Shown one piece after another: positions 11,423 to 20,546 of a stretch of 64,000 nt of DNA. This stretch comes from Acidobacteriota bacterium (lineage in GTDB: Bacteria > Acidobacteriota > CAIWXX01), in assembly GCA_040755995.1 (NCBI GenBank), contig JBFMAF010000028.1, forward strand, positions 96,001 through 160,000, read 5' to 3'. The translations under genes and the position numbers were made by a program. Below the pieces are notes generated by a model that saw only the letters and a list, made by a program, of their open reading frames with translations, made no database searches and had not been told where the DNA came from. The first letter of the stretch is position 1; each line of letters opens with the position of its first letter.

Positions 11423-12117
11423 AACCGCACTACCTTTTCCTGATGTGCTTCTGGAGTCCACTCCCGTAACGCGCGTCGCACCTTTTCGGGATCGCGCAAC
11501 TGCTCCGCGATCTCGAACTCGGCATGGCGAACGCACAGGTCAAGAGGGGATCTCGCGAACGGGAATGGCTCCATCTCGACTTCGAGGTCGGACGCCGAAC
11601 GTTGACGTGAGTGGAGTTCCATGAACACCCGTTCCTCGGTGTGGCCCTGGAGGGCATAGCTCTCCGCCTCCGCCGCAACCTGGTCGCACATCTCAAGAGC
11701 GTAGAGGTCGAATGGGAAATTCCTCGCGTATACATCGCCCAGCAAGCGCCGCAATCGCGCCTGCCACTCCGCCACGCCGTCCACGCTAAACTCGTGGTGC
11801 ATTTTTATCAAGGCGTCCTCATAGATGTCATCACAGTGCACCCGGAAACGGTGACCGGCGAATGAGTAGGTCCAGCGTCCGTCGCCATCAAGCAACAGCC
11901 TGAACGATCTCGGTTTCGCCTCATCGTGACGACGCGCCGCTCTGGCGAGCCTCTCGCGGGTCTGGCTCAGGTCGCATTCAGCTGGTACTCGATAGGCTAC
12001 TGCATCGTTCCAAGCTTCGGCGAGAGCAACAACACTGTCCACGTGGCTCTGGAGTGGCACGACCGAGGCTTTGGATGGCATCTTCGGGTTGTCGAAAAAG
12101 ATGCGACCGACGTCCAT
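11410..12117 (-). CDS. Stand-alone HD nuclease (Cas3''-like)
   Basis: Cas3-type HD motif order: LQSH, RHDEAK, AGH, MHH, CDQ. Translationally coupled to cas5 and cas3'. Confidence 0.8.
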   Translation of the reverse strand: MDVGRIFFDNPKMPSKASVVPLQSHVDSVVALAEAWNDAVAYRVPAECDLSQTRERLARAARRHDEAKPRSFRLLLDGDGRWTYSFAGHRFRVHCDDIYEDALIKMHHEFSVDGVAEWQARLRRLLGDVYARNFPFDLYALEMCDQVAAEAESYALQGHTEERVFMELHSRQRSASDLEVEMEPFPFARSPLDLCVRHAEFEIAEQLRDPEKVRRALREWTPEAHQEKVVRLWRP

Positions 12118-12908
12118 CAGACAACTTCCCCTTGGAGGATGTCGACGAGCGCCTTCGGGATGAACGTCGTTCCGTCCGTGTAATACTCAGCCTTCAGGGG
12201 TGTCTCGGTGAGGCCTGCCATGAAGGGTACGAAGCCCCTGACGGGGCTGGGGCTTGGAGAGAAGAGGCCACCATCAGGGCCGTCAGTCCAGTCGTGCCGA
12301 TATACCTGGAAGGCATCGCAGGGATGCCCGGCCAGCAGTCTGCCCGGCACGATCGTGGATGGCACCTCTGTTGTGTCGATCAGGCGGTATTGGGTCGGGC
12401 CGGTGATATCAGCGATGAAAGCGTATCCCTCCTTCCCCAACTTGCAGCCACGGTTTCCCAAACCGAGCAAAGGACTGAGGCATTCCTCTTTCTTGCCGAG
12501 TAGGTACCCTGTGAGGTCCTCGCACATCAGGTAATCCCAGTCATGCAACTGGTACACCTCCTTCTCCGCCGCGACGCGGTAAAGGCGCGAAAACGCATCG
12601 TGTTTGAAGTCCCGAATCCCCTGCCGCTTGGTTGTGTGGACCCAATGACCGGAGTCACCTGTGTAGGCTCCGACCGGGATCAGATCACGCGGCAATACAT
12701 ACATCTCTCGCTCTGTCTCCTGGTGTTTCACGAACGCAGCCAAATCAAGTGAAGGGCCCGCCGCGAGCATCATGACCAGACGACGCAGGAATCCCGACAA
12801 CGTTGTTGGCGGGACGAAGGTATAGGAGCCGATGTGCAGAATCGAACCCGGCAGACGGCGGAATGTGAGTCCTCCCGTGGGCCGAATCAGCATCCTGATG
12901 CCGTACAT
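12117..12908 (-). CDS. cas5: Cas5-family RAMP
   Basis: N-terminal FRR...SYTFVPPTTLSGFL and a KLGKEG glycine loop; follows cas7. Confidence 0.8.
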   Translation of the reverse strand: MYGIRMLIRPTGGLTFRRLPGSILHIGSYTFVPPTTLSGFLRRLVMMLAAGPSLDLAAFVKHQETEREMYVLPRDLIPVGAYTGDSGHWVHTTKRQGIRDFKHDAFSRLYRVAAEKEVYQLHDWDYLMCEDLTGYLLGKKEECLSPLLGLGNRGCKLGKEGYAFIADITGPTQYRLIDTTEVPSTIVPGRLLAGHPCDAFQVYRHDWTDGPDGGLFSPSPSPVRGFVPFMAGLTETPLKAEYYTDGTTFIPKALVDILQGEVV

Positions 12909-12910
12909 CG

Positions 12911-13780
12911 TCAACTCCCTGTCAGATGCTTCTTGACAAACCCCGCGGCGCATTCTTGGAGGTATTTCAGCGCCTCTTTGCCCTTGCGCCGCTCGAAGTT
13001 CTCGCTAGGTGTGAACTGCTCCGCGGCATCGGCGAACTGCTTGATGACCTCATCCGTTTCGTCCAGCGATGGCGAGACCACAGGCCGTTTTCCTAGTGGC
13101 GCAAGGTAGCGATCCACGACCAGTAGAGGTTCGCCGACCCAGCGGCTCTGGTGCTCATGTATCCTGAGACCCTTGGGGTTACCAGCCCCCAGACGGGCGA
13201 GCGAGTCAAGAAACGCATAGGCCACGGCTGTGAACTCCTCGTCGGTGACGCTCAGACAGTGGTTGTAGACGGGGTACAGCAGCCCTGGCTCATTGTACTG
13301 CCGCTTGAACGGTATCGGGTCATCACCCTTTTCCTTGCTGATCATCGAGGGGTGCATGGCGCGCTGTTTCTCGACAGGGTCCATCTCCTGCACCGCTACG
13401 CCCCCGCCGTGAACAAGCCTTCCGACGAGCGTCTTCTTGCCGGGCTGGAGACCACCGAAGACCGCGCAAATCGGACATTCCAGGTCTGCACACGTATTCG
13501 GGATCCCGCAGTTCAATTTGTCACCCAGCAGTTTCCCATTCTTGACGGGCGCCCAAATGAGGCTCCGCCGCTCCACGCCACGGCGCTTCGTCGGGGAGAG
13601 ATAGCACTTATCTGGCTTGTCCTTCCCGAGCTTAACGGTTTCAACGAGGTTCACATTGATCTGAACCTGGTCTCCGAAATACAGCTCCTGGGCACCCTCC
13701 AAAATCGCATATATATCGAAGTGCCAACGGTCCGAATCCTTGACGATGCCTGTGGTGACGTCTTTCTTTTCTGAGGCCAT
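12911..13780 (-). CDS. cas7: Cas7 backbone protein, Csc2 (type I-D)-like
   Basis: KRRGVERR followed by C...C..xCPICAVFG, resembling the Csc2 signature; lies between the large subunit and cas5. Confidence 0.8.
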   Translation of the reverse strand: MASEKKDVTTGIVKDSDRWHFDIYAILEGAQELYFGDQVQINVNLVETVKLGKDKPDKCYLSPTKRRGVERRSLIWAPVKNGKLLGDKLNCGIPNTCADLECPICAVFGGLQPGKKTLVGRLVHGGGVAVQEMDPVEKQRAMHPSMISKEKGDDPIPFKRQYNEPGLLYPVYNHCLSVTDEEFTAVAYAFLDSLARLGAGNPKGLRIHEHQSRWVGEPLLVVDRYLAPLGKRPVVSPSLDETDEVIKQFADAAEQFTPSENFERRKGKEALKYLQECAAGFVKKHLTGS

Positions 13781-13782
13781 CT

Positions 13783-14256
13783 CTACTCTCCCTTCTCCTT
13801 GACATAGTACTCGGGGTATTTTGCCGCCAGACTGAGTCTGATCTCAGTGGCTACATCCTTCTGTTCTTTGTCGCTCTTGTAGACGGATCCGAACAGAGAC
13901 GCGTAGACATTGCGGAGGTCATCGAAATACGCACGCAGGAAAGGAGTGCCTTGCTCGGTCATGCCTTGACGCTCTGTGATGTTCACTCCTTCAAGACCTG
14001 CCAGGAGTTTCTGCGCCTCGTCGAAACAGAAGTAGTTGTCTGGGTTGCGGTAAATCGTGGCCATCTCTCCAGATAGATTGTGGGTCGCACGATAGATGAA
14101 TTGGTATGGGTCGGTGACCTCTTCTATGAGCTTGGTCACCTCCCGCTTCGTGTTCTTCCCGGCCTTCTCCGCCTCGTTCTGCACTTGGCGACAGAAGGCG
14201 TCGAGCAGGCCTGTTAGCCCAGCCACGTGACGGAACAGAGTCGCTCTCTCTGCCAT
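13783..14256 (-). CDS. cas11: Putative Cas11 small subunit, internally translated in frame within the large subunit
   Basis: Strong SD AAGGAGGTG followed by AAT and an in-frame ATG at 14256; 157-aa helical product. Confidence 0.7.
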   Translation of the reverse strand: MAERATLFRHVAGLTGLLDAFCRQVQNEAEKAGKNTKREVTKLIEEVTDPYQFIYRATHNLSGEMATIYRNPDNYFCFDEAQKLLAGLEGVNITERQGMTEQGTPFLRAYFDDLRNVYASLFGSVYKSDKEQKDVATEIRLSLAAKYPEYYVKEKGE

Positions 14257-16044
14257 ATTCACCTCCTTGAGAAGATCGCAGTGCGACTGCCTCAGTTCTT
14301 CGAGCAAGCGCAGCTCAGCGCGACTTCGCATTGTCAGGCGCCGGGGCTCGGACTCATCGGCGATGAGCAGCGCATACGTAGCCTTGATTACCTGTTCCTT
14401 TTGCACGAGCCTTACGGCTTCGAATGCGGCGTGATTTGGCCGTTGACGACCCGATTTCGCATCGTATTGAGTCAACCGCAGGTCAAAGATCTCTTGAAGA
14501 TAGCTCAGCCAGACCATCCATCGAACCGGCATCTGTTGCTCGTCACCACCGATGAGCGAGGCGCAGCAGTTGCCCAACACGTCGCGCGGGAGAGTTGTGC
14601 CGACTTTGAACAGCGCATACTGAAGCAGGCCCATTGGATCAGCAACCGGTACCCAGCGAGATCGGCCTGCCTTCTGGATTTGGACAGCCTCTGTGCATTT
14701 CATCAGGAGGTACGGACCTGCAGCTAGGTTTAGCTCGCCTAGTGTCATCATGCGGAGATATCGGCTAGACTCCTGCTCATCTGCAGATGCATGGAGCGCC
14801 AAACGCACGACAACGCTCCCCTGGCGGAACTTGACCGGGCATATCATCGCCACCGACGCGCACGTGCAGCACACACGAGGTTCGTCTTGAGACTTGCCGG
14901 ATTGTAGCCGCTGTGACGAGGCTCCAAAGATAATTCGGTTTGCTTTCACGAAATCCTTGCCTGGGAGCGGATTTCCACACGCGTAGCAGACATCCGACTG
15001 CGCGTCGCCGGGTCGACAGGGTGTCACCTCGGCGGTATTGATTCTAATCGGGCATATGGGCCTGTAGCCGGCCGGTGCCTCAAGAAGGTCTGGGATCATC
15101 TTCGCCAGCTTGTCTGTGCCGACCGTTCCGTAGGAGAACTGCGTCCGCGCCAGGGAATTGAAACGCGACGCAAGCAGTCGTAGCCTTCTTAGTGCATCAG
15201 CAGGAATCTCCTTGCCCAAGTCGCGTACGGCCTTCTCATAGTCACGGCGATTGTTCTTCAGGGCACTCGTGCGCTCCTTGGTGACGTCGCCGAGTTCTTT
15301 GTCCAACTCGGACAGCCGCCTGCTGTCGCCCTTCTGCTCGGCCTTGTGCCGCTGAGCCGAGAGAGCCAAGTAGCGTTTCCTGGCTGCCCTGTGGTTGTTT
15401 GAACCGTAGAGGATGCGGTCTTCCAGTGTGGCGAGATAAAGAGCTGCCTGAACCTCCGCCGTATCTCGCGTTACAGCCGGGAACCGTGCCGCGCCAAAAC
15501 CCCGATCCGTCAGCTTCACCGAGTTCAGCAACAGCACAAACGTCTTCAGCAGCTCTTGACGCGAGAAGGCCCTGGACACGAAGTCCGGCCAGGCCGTGTC
15601 CAGGGACGAGTCTGCCGCGCGCGGCACGAAAGCCAGGATAGCTGCATCGTGTTGAGAGAGCGCCACGATCTTCCGTGTTGTGGCGAGATAGCCCAGAAAT
15701 CGATGGATCAATGTGTCGTAAGCGATGCGCGTCTGCATCTCCTGAGGGAGGACCGAGCGGTACCACCTCACAAGGTTACCGATCTCCTGCCCTCCCAGGG
15801 AAATCCTGTCATCCCTGACCGTGACAGTCTGCGAGGCGGTGTCTGTAGGAGCGGCGCGATTCATGCGACGTATTAGAGGGAGGGCGTCCAGGGATGCGAG
15901 CAGATGCCTCAGCTCAGCGACCAAGTGTGCCGATCTCGCCCATCCAACGAGCGAATCGAAGTCACCATCGGGGTGTCCAGCCGCGAAGTAGGCGGCACAG
16001 ATCGCAAGCTTCTGGTGGTCCGTTAATACAGTCATTTCATCCAT
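13783..16044 (-). CDS. Cascade large subunit (Cas10d/Cas8-like, no N-terminal HD)
   Basis: About 753 aa, first effector gene. CYACG...CCTC zinc-finger pairs and a helical C-terminus. ATG at 16044 is preceded by GGGGAG. Confidence 0.72.
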   Translation of the reverse strand: MDEMTVLTDHQKLAICAAYFAAGHPDGDFDSLVGWARSAHLVAELRHLLASLDALPLIRRMNRAAPTDTASQTVTVRDDRISLGGQEIGNLVRWYRSVLPQEMQTRIAYDTLIHRFLGYLATTRKIVALSQHDAAILAFVPRAADSSLDTAWPDFVSRAFSRQELLKTFVLLLNSVKLTDRGFGAARFPAVTRDTAEVQAALYLATLEDRILYGSNNHRAARKRYLALSAQRHKAEQKGDSRRLSELDKELGDVTKERTSALKNNRRDYEKAVRDLGKEIPADALRRLRLLASRFNSLARTQFSYGTVGTDKLAKMIPDLLEAPAGYRPICPIRINTAEVTPCRPGDAQSDVCYACGNPLPGKDFVKANRIIFGASSQRLQSGKSQDEPRVCCTCASVAMICPVKFRQGSVVVRLALHASADEQESSRYLRMMTLGELNLAAGPYLLMKCTEAVQIQKAGRSRWVPVADPMGLLQYALFKVGTTLPRDVLGNCCASLIGGDEQQMPVRWMVWLSYLQEIFDLRLTQYDAKSGRQRPNHAAFEAVRLVQKEQVIKATYALLIADESEPRRLTMRSRAELRLLEELRQSHCDLLKEVNMAERATLFRHVAGLTGLLDAFCRQVQNEAEKAGKNTKREVTKLIEEVTDPYQFIYRATHNLSGEMATIYRNPDNYFCFDEAQKLLAGLEGVNITERQGMTEQGTPFLRAYFDDLRNVYASLFGSVYKSDKEQKDVATEIRLSLAAKYPEYYVKEKGE

Positions 16045-16075
16045 GTGCTCCCCAAGCGGATTGTAAAAGACCCAT

Positions 16076-16092
16076 GTTGCATCCGGCGCAAC
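16076..16092. promoter_or_regulatory. Palindromic operator candidate upstream of the cas effector operon
   Basis: GTTGC-N7-GCAAC, just upstream of a minus-strand TACAAT (-10-like) at 16060-16065. Confidence 0.45.
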
Positions 16093-16096
16093 GGAA

Positions 16097-17107
16097 TCAC
16101 GCGTCCCTCGACCCTCCGTTTCCGTACGTCTTCGCCATCGCCCGGGCCGTCTCCAACATGCGGGCGCGGAGCTCCGGCGGGTGCAGCACTTCGACCTCGG
16201 GGCCGAAGCCGAGGAGCCACGCGATGAAGTCGGGTGCCAGGGGGACCTGCACGTGGAGCAGCGCCGCTCCACCGGGCAGGTCTTCGACGCGCTGCGTCGC
16301 GTGACGCTGTTGCTCCTTGATCAGCGGCACCAGGCGTGCAGCGAACTTGACCGTGACATCGACGGGCTCGCCGTCGAATAGCTCCCAGGCGCGAGAGAGA
16401 TGCGCATCCACCGAGAAGCCCGGCGGCGGAACAAACGTCCGGTCCAGCTCAGAGACACGCTTGAACCGGATGAGCTTGAACGTCAGCGCGCGTTCGCAGT
16501 CCGATGGGATCGCAGCTGCGTACCACGCATGGCGCCTGAAGAACAGTCCCAACGGCGCCAGCACGTACTTCCGAGCTTTCTTCTCCCCGAGCGCCTGATA
16601 GTACGCCTCCACGTACCGAGCATCGTAGACTGCTCGCTCCAAACGCCTGAAGACTTCCCTGACAGCCTTGTAGTCGCTCTGGCTGCTCACGCGCAATTGC
16701 ACGCGGTCCTTGGCGCGTCGTGCGACCTTGGTGACCTCCGGGCTCGCCAGCGATTCGATCTTGTGCATTGCAGCCTTCAGGGGCTCCGCCAATGGCGTTC
16801 CTGCATTGAGAGCAGGCGCGGAAGCCGCAGTGTAAAGGCTCAGCAATTCCTCCACCGTGAAGCTGACCGGGAGCGCGGTTGCGCTCATCATTTTCCAGCC
16901 GTAGCGCCCGTTCACAACCGGGAAACCGGCCTCGCAGAGTGACCTCAGGTTTCGCCAGATGGTCGATCGTTGCACGCGGAACTCCTCCGCCAGCTCCGAG
17001 AGCCTCCAACTCCGGTGCCCGCACAGCATCCGCGCGAGAGCGAGAAGCCGGGCAAAACCACGCCGACTATCTCTCTCTACGGCTGTTCTACCACTTGCTC
17101 GTCCCAA
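16097..17107 (-). CDS. HTH-WYL-WCX transcriptional regulator
   Basis: N-terminal HTH (ELAEEFRVQRSTIWRNL), WYL core (PLGLFFRRHAWY...TFKLIRF) and WCX tail (WLLGFGPEVEVLHPPELR). Start codon uncertain. Confidence 0.93.
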   Translation of the reverse strand: MGRASGRTAVERDSRRGFARLLALARMLCGHRSWRLSELAEEFRVQRSTIWRNLRSLCEAGFPVVNGRYGWKMMSATALPVSFTVEELLSLYTAASAPALNAGTPLAEPLKAAMHKIESLASPEVTKVARRAKDRVQLRVSSQSDYKAVREVFRRLERAVYDARYVEAYYQALGEKKARKYVLAPLGLFFRRHAWYAAAIPSDCERALTFKLIRFKRVSELDRTFVPPPGFSVDAHLSRAWELFDGEPVDVTVKFAARLVPLIKEQQRHATQRVEDLPGGAALLHVQVPLAPDFIAWLLGFGPEVEVLHPPELRARMLETARAMAKTYGNGGSRDA

Positions 17108-17246
17108 GGAGACACCTTCTCCCCTGCGATGGACTGCTTGGGAGCCTATGATGTGCGGGGAAACGGCAGCTTGTCAAATCGCCGGTCTGCGCGTCTGCGC
17201 GCTCCGGCAGGGGGGACAGAGGCTGGACATCGAAGCTGGCGTCACT

Positions 17247-17335
17247 CTGTCGCCCCTACGGGGCTCCCGCCTTGAGATCACCACGCATCCTGGCGCTCAC
17301 GCGCCAGGCTACACTCTGCCGCCACTCCGCGGCTT
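17247..17335. repeat. REP-like palindrome cluster
   Basis: Adjacent hairpins GCCCC-TAC-GGGGC and CCTGGCGC-TCAC-GCGCCAGG followed by CTAC. Confidence 0.55.
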
Positions 17336-17673
17336 CTCTGACCGGACATGAGAGCAGAAGTCCCTGTGCCTGCTGTTGGCTTGGGTGCATGGATCTCTGT
17401 GTCGTACGTGGAGGTCCGCGTTCCCACAGTTCACGGATGCGCCCCCGCGGCGGTGCATCAGGCACGCAACTGCCGACGGCGGCTCCGGCCGCACCGGCAG
17501 GGCAGGTCGGTGAGCCCAGTCATGGACCTCACAAACTTGGGCCCTACGGCCCCCGCGGCGCTGGCAGACGTACCCTTATCTCCTGCCGCCTCTCGGCCAG
17601 CGAAATTACGCCATACTTCTTCTCGTTGTCCTGGAACACCAGGCGGTCGATGACTGCTGCGACCTTCTGCCGC

Positions 17674-18018
17674 CTATCGGCCTAGGACGACATCAATCCC
17701 AGCGAACACGAGCGCCAGGTTTGAGCGGCTCAGCCTGCCCGAACGCTCCACCAGCAGTGACCTATCAAGCGCTACGATCTGAGACACGTTCGCCACCGAG
17801 TCCTTTGGCAAGCCAGTGGTTTTCGCGCCAAGCAGGACATTGCCCGGAGCGGCAGCCCACTTGATGTTGCTAGTCAGCGGAACACAGACGACCGTTCCGA
17901 TTCTACTTCGGTTCAGCGAGTCGGACTGTACGACCAGCACTGGCCTCCGGTAGCCCGGGCCGGAGCCAGTGGGTTCCGGCATGTCAGCCCACCAGACCTC
18001 ACCCTGCGCGATCACCAC
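17674..18018 (-). CDS. mazF: PemK/MazF family toxin
   Basis: QGEVWWA...GSGPGYRRPVLVVQSD...GLPKDSVANVSQI. Confidence 0.93.
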   Translation of the reverse strand: MVIAQGEVWWADMPEPTGSGPGYRRPVLVVQSDSLNRSRIGTVVCVPLTSNIKWAAAPGNVLLGAKTTGLPKDSVANVSQIVALDRSLLVERSGRLSRSNLALVFAGIDVVLGR

Positions 18019-18248
18019 TCAGTCCGCCTCAAGACGCGGCGTGCCGCCTTCCGGACGAACTCATCAGGCTGTGGACCTAGCTCGCCACACACCTGGTCCA
18101 TCTGCGCGGTGACACGGTCGGCCTCGTGACGGGCAAGGAACTCGCTCAGGGCGCGAGAATAGAGCCGGCTCCGCGAAGTCTTGATGGACCGGGCGAGGCA
18201 CTCCGCTTCCCTGAAAACGTCATCTGGTATCGAAACTGCCGTCTTCAT
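18012..18248 (-). CDS. RHH antitoxin paired with MazF
   Basis: MKTAVSIPDDVF...SRSRLYSRAL; overlaps the toxin start. Confidence 0.88.
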   Translation of the reverse strand: MKTAVSIPDDVFREAECLARSIKTSRSRLYSRALSEFLARHEADRVTAQMDQVCGELGPQPDEFVRKAARRVLRRTEW

Positions 18249-18404
18249 ACCCATAGTATAACTCTTACACATCTGGCCGTCAATGGGTACACGCACTGGT
18301 GCGCAGGCGCACTCGTCTGTGCTCCGGCAGGGAGGAGTAGCGGCCCGCGCCAGGATTCAATCCCCTGATATTGACACTGAGGGTTCCAGAGGCCATGCGT
18401 CAGG

Positions 18405-19388
18405 TCAGAGCTTCAGGGTCAGGGTCCGCACGGCTTCGGTGTTCATCTTTCCAAGGCCGCGATCCTGCGCGAGGCGCAAATACGGCAGCCGCGTGTGATC
18501 GAGGTTCCAGAAGGCTTTCGCCGCCCATGCGTCGGCCGCCACCGGATCGGTGCTCGCTATCAGCGTCTTTCGCAGGTCGACGTCCTTCGGGTTGCCGCCC
18601 TTGGGCCCATTCCGGAGCAATACGCGATAGGCATCTATGATCGTCAGCGCCGGCTGCATGGACTCTGCCAGGTCCACGACCTTCTCCTGGATGCCCATGT
18701 GCACTCGAAAGCGCCAACCGCCCAGAATTCCGAGCCAGTTCTTCATCCCGAGTGTGACGCCCGTCAAGCTGTGGTGCTTTGCTATCGGAACGTTGATGAC
18801 CTTGTCCGCCATGATGAACGGCTCCAGCACCGGCCAGACTCCAAGTGCCTCCCCCTTGAGCCGCACCTTCCTGAACAACCGCGACTCGGGCAGCACGACC
18901 TCGGCTCCGGCGGCGTGCGCAGCGACACCGATCCCGCTGCGATAGAAGCAGTCCTCCGCGTCGTCGCAGCTCACGTCGGTCACGATCACCTTCTTCGCCC
19001 CCGCGTCCATGCACATGCGGACGACTTCTGCGACCAGGTCCGGATTGGTGTTCGCCGCCTGTTCCGGTGTCCGATTCCATCCGATGTTGGGCTTCACCAC
19101 GACGACATCGCCACGCGACACGAATCGAGCGATGCCACCCAGCTCATCGAGCGCGCGGCGCACAAGTGCGCGCGGGTCGTCGCCGTGCGCCACGATCAAC
19201 TCTGGCAACCCGGGATCGGCAGCCACTCCAGAGCTGCGATCCAGCGCCATGACTCGCGACTCGTCGGCGCTGCGGCAGCGGCCCGTCATGCAGGCTGCAG
19301 CGGCGGCGCCGGCCGCGCTCAGGCTCCCCAGCCGCAGCGTCTCATGCAGAAACTCGCGACGCTGCATGGGTCGAGATTCTGATCTCAT
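18405..19388 (-). CDS. DUF362 domain protein with a Tat-like N-terminus
   Basis: RREFL, VVVKPNIGW, NTNP, INVPIAKHH..TLGMKN, STDPVAAD; GGAGG RBS before the ATG at 19388. Confidence 0.85.
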   Translation of the reverse strand: MRSESRPMQRREFLHETLRLGSLSAAGAAAAACMTGRCRSADESRVMALDRSSGVAADPGLPELIVAHGDDPRALVRRALDELGGIARFVSRGDVVVVKPNIGWNRTPEQAANTNPDLVAEVVRMCMDAGAKKVIVTDVSCDDAEDCFYRSGIGVAAHAAGAEVVLPESRLFRKVRLKGEALGVWPVLEPFIMADKVINVPIAKHHSLTGVTLGMKNWLGILGGWRFRVHMGIQEKVVDLAESMQPALTIIDAYRVLLRNGPKGGNPKDVDLRKTLIASTDPVAADAWAAKAFWNLDHTRLPYLRLAQDRGLGKMNTEAVRTLTLKL

Positions 19389-19515
19389 CGTGGTCCTCCG
19401 CAAGCGTGCGATCCGACTTCGGCCGTCGAGCATCGGCTCCGACGCGCGCCGTCGAGGCTCGCGTCGACTCCCGGTCGCGACCGCCCGCGCTTCGCTCCCC
19501 CAAGCCCCGCCAAAA

Positions 19516-19545
19516 TTGACATCATGCGTAGCATTCTATTATATT
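19516..19545 (+). promoter_or_regulatory. Sigma70-like promoter of the contractile-system operon
   Basis: TTGACA followed by TATTATATT, upstream of the ATG at 19581. Confidence 0.5.
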
Positions 19546-19580
19546 CGTCGAGGAAGGGTTGCCCCCTAGATGTATTCAGA

Positions 19581-20546
19581 ATGAGCCTCTACAAGAGCCT
19601 CTATTTCATGTCGCTGGTCGGCTTCATGGCCGGTCTCTTCTCCTGGGCGCTGACCTTCATCCTTTCCGCCGTCATCCCCTACCAGGACAGGGTATGGGTC
19701 GCAGATCTCATATCGGCCGCACTCTTGGGAGGATTCATCGGCGGGCTCACCGTCGGCTACTCCGACCACTGGTCCGGCAACCGTGTCCTGGCCAGGTGGG
19801 TTATCACGGGCACGCTGATTGGACTCCTGGCGGGCGGCCTGGCCGGTGTCATCCAGATCCCGATCACGGAGCGCCTGGCGCTCCAGGCGCCCATCCTCAC
19901 GCGCCTCATCGCGTGGATGCTGGCAGGATCGCTCATCGGTCTGGGGCTGGGCCTGCGCTGGGTGGCTGTGAATCCGCTGCGCGCCGCGCACGCATTCGCA
20001 GGCGGCCTGGTGGGCGGCGCGGTCGGAGGCTACCTGTTTGCCGCGCTGGGCGCCCGCATCCCCGATTTGTCTCAGGCGCTCGGCTTCGTCTTGACCGGTG
20101 TAGGCATCTGCTTCGGCGTCACACTCGCTCCGATCCTCGTCCGCGACGGCCTCCTCCAGTTCATCAGCAGCGGGGACGCGCGGGCGCAGAGCAAGTTCGG
20201 GCGCTCGCGGAAAGAATGGGAGCTGCAGGACGGCGATTCCTACATGATCGGCAGCCAGTCCATCGATTCCTCGGCGACGCGATACCGGCCGGAGATCGAG
20301 ATCTTCGTGCCGGACGCAGCCATCGCCCCCCGCCACGCGACGCTCTTCGGCCGGGGCGGCCGGTTCTACCTGGCGCGGCACCCCGAAGCAGCGGGCCAGG
20401 CCGGCATCGCCCGCTACGTGTTGAAGGTGCGAGGCAAGACGGTGACCGCGAGCCAGGAGCTGTACCACTCCGACGATATCCTGATCGGCCGCACGGCACT
20501 TCGTTTCGTGGCCCGGAGCAAGACCCGGCAGACGAGAGAAGCATGA
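19581..20546 (+). CDS. Polytopic membrane protein with a C-terminal FHA-like domain
   Basis: About six Gly-rich hydrophobic helices, then YMIGS...PDAAIAPRHATL...DDILIGRTALRF. Confidence 0.75.
   Translation: MSLYKSLYFMSLVGFMAGLFSWALTFILSAVIPYQDRVWVADLISAALLGGFIGGLTVGYSDHWSGNRVLARWVITGTLIGLLAGGLAGVIQIPITERLALQAPILTRLIAWMLAGSLIGLGLGLRWVAVNPLRAAHAFAGGLVGGAVGGYLFAALGARIPDLSQALGFVLTGVGICFGVTLAPILVRDGLLQFISSGDARAQSKFGRSRKEWELQDGDSYMIGSQSIDSSATRYRPEIEIFVPDAAIAPRHATLFGRGGRFYLARHPEAAGQAGIARYVLKVRGKTVTASQELYHSDDILIGRTALRFVARSKTRQTREA

Noticed and set aside
11423..11536. Frameshifted HD-Cas3 fusion (pseudogene) as the explanation for the split
   Set aside because: The helicase has its own ATG with an upstream AAGG-containing SD-like sequence and a 13-nt overlap typical of coupled genes. 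A sequencing frameshift is not fully excluded without homologues.
16045..16272. N-terminal extension of the 829-aa large-subunit ORF
   Set aside because: It overlaps the WYL gene; the ATG at 16044 has an RBS and a promoter-like element.
19559..20542. N-terminal 328 aa of the 835-aa ORF
   Set aside because: An Arg/Pro-rich shadow frame over the membrane-FHA gene.
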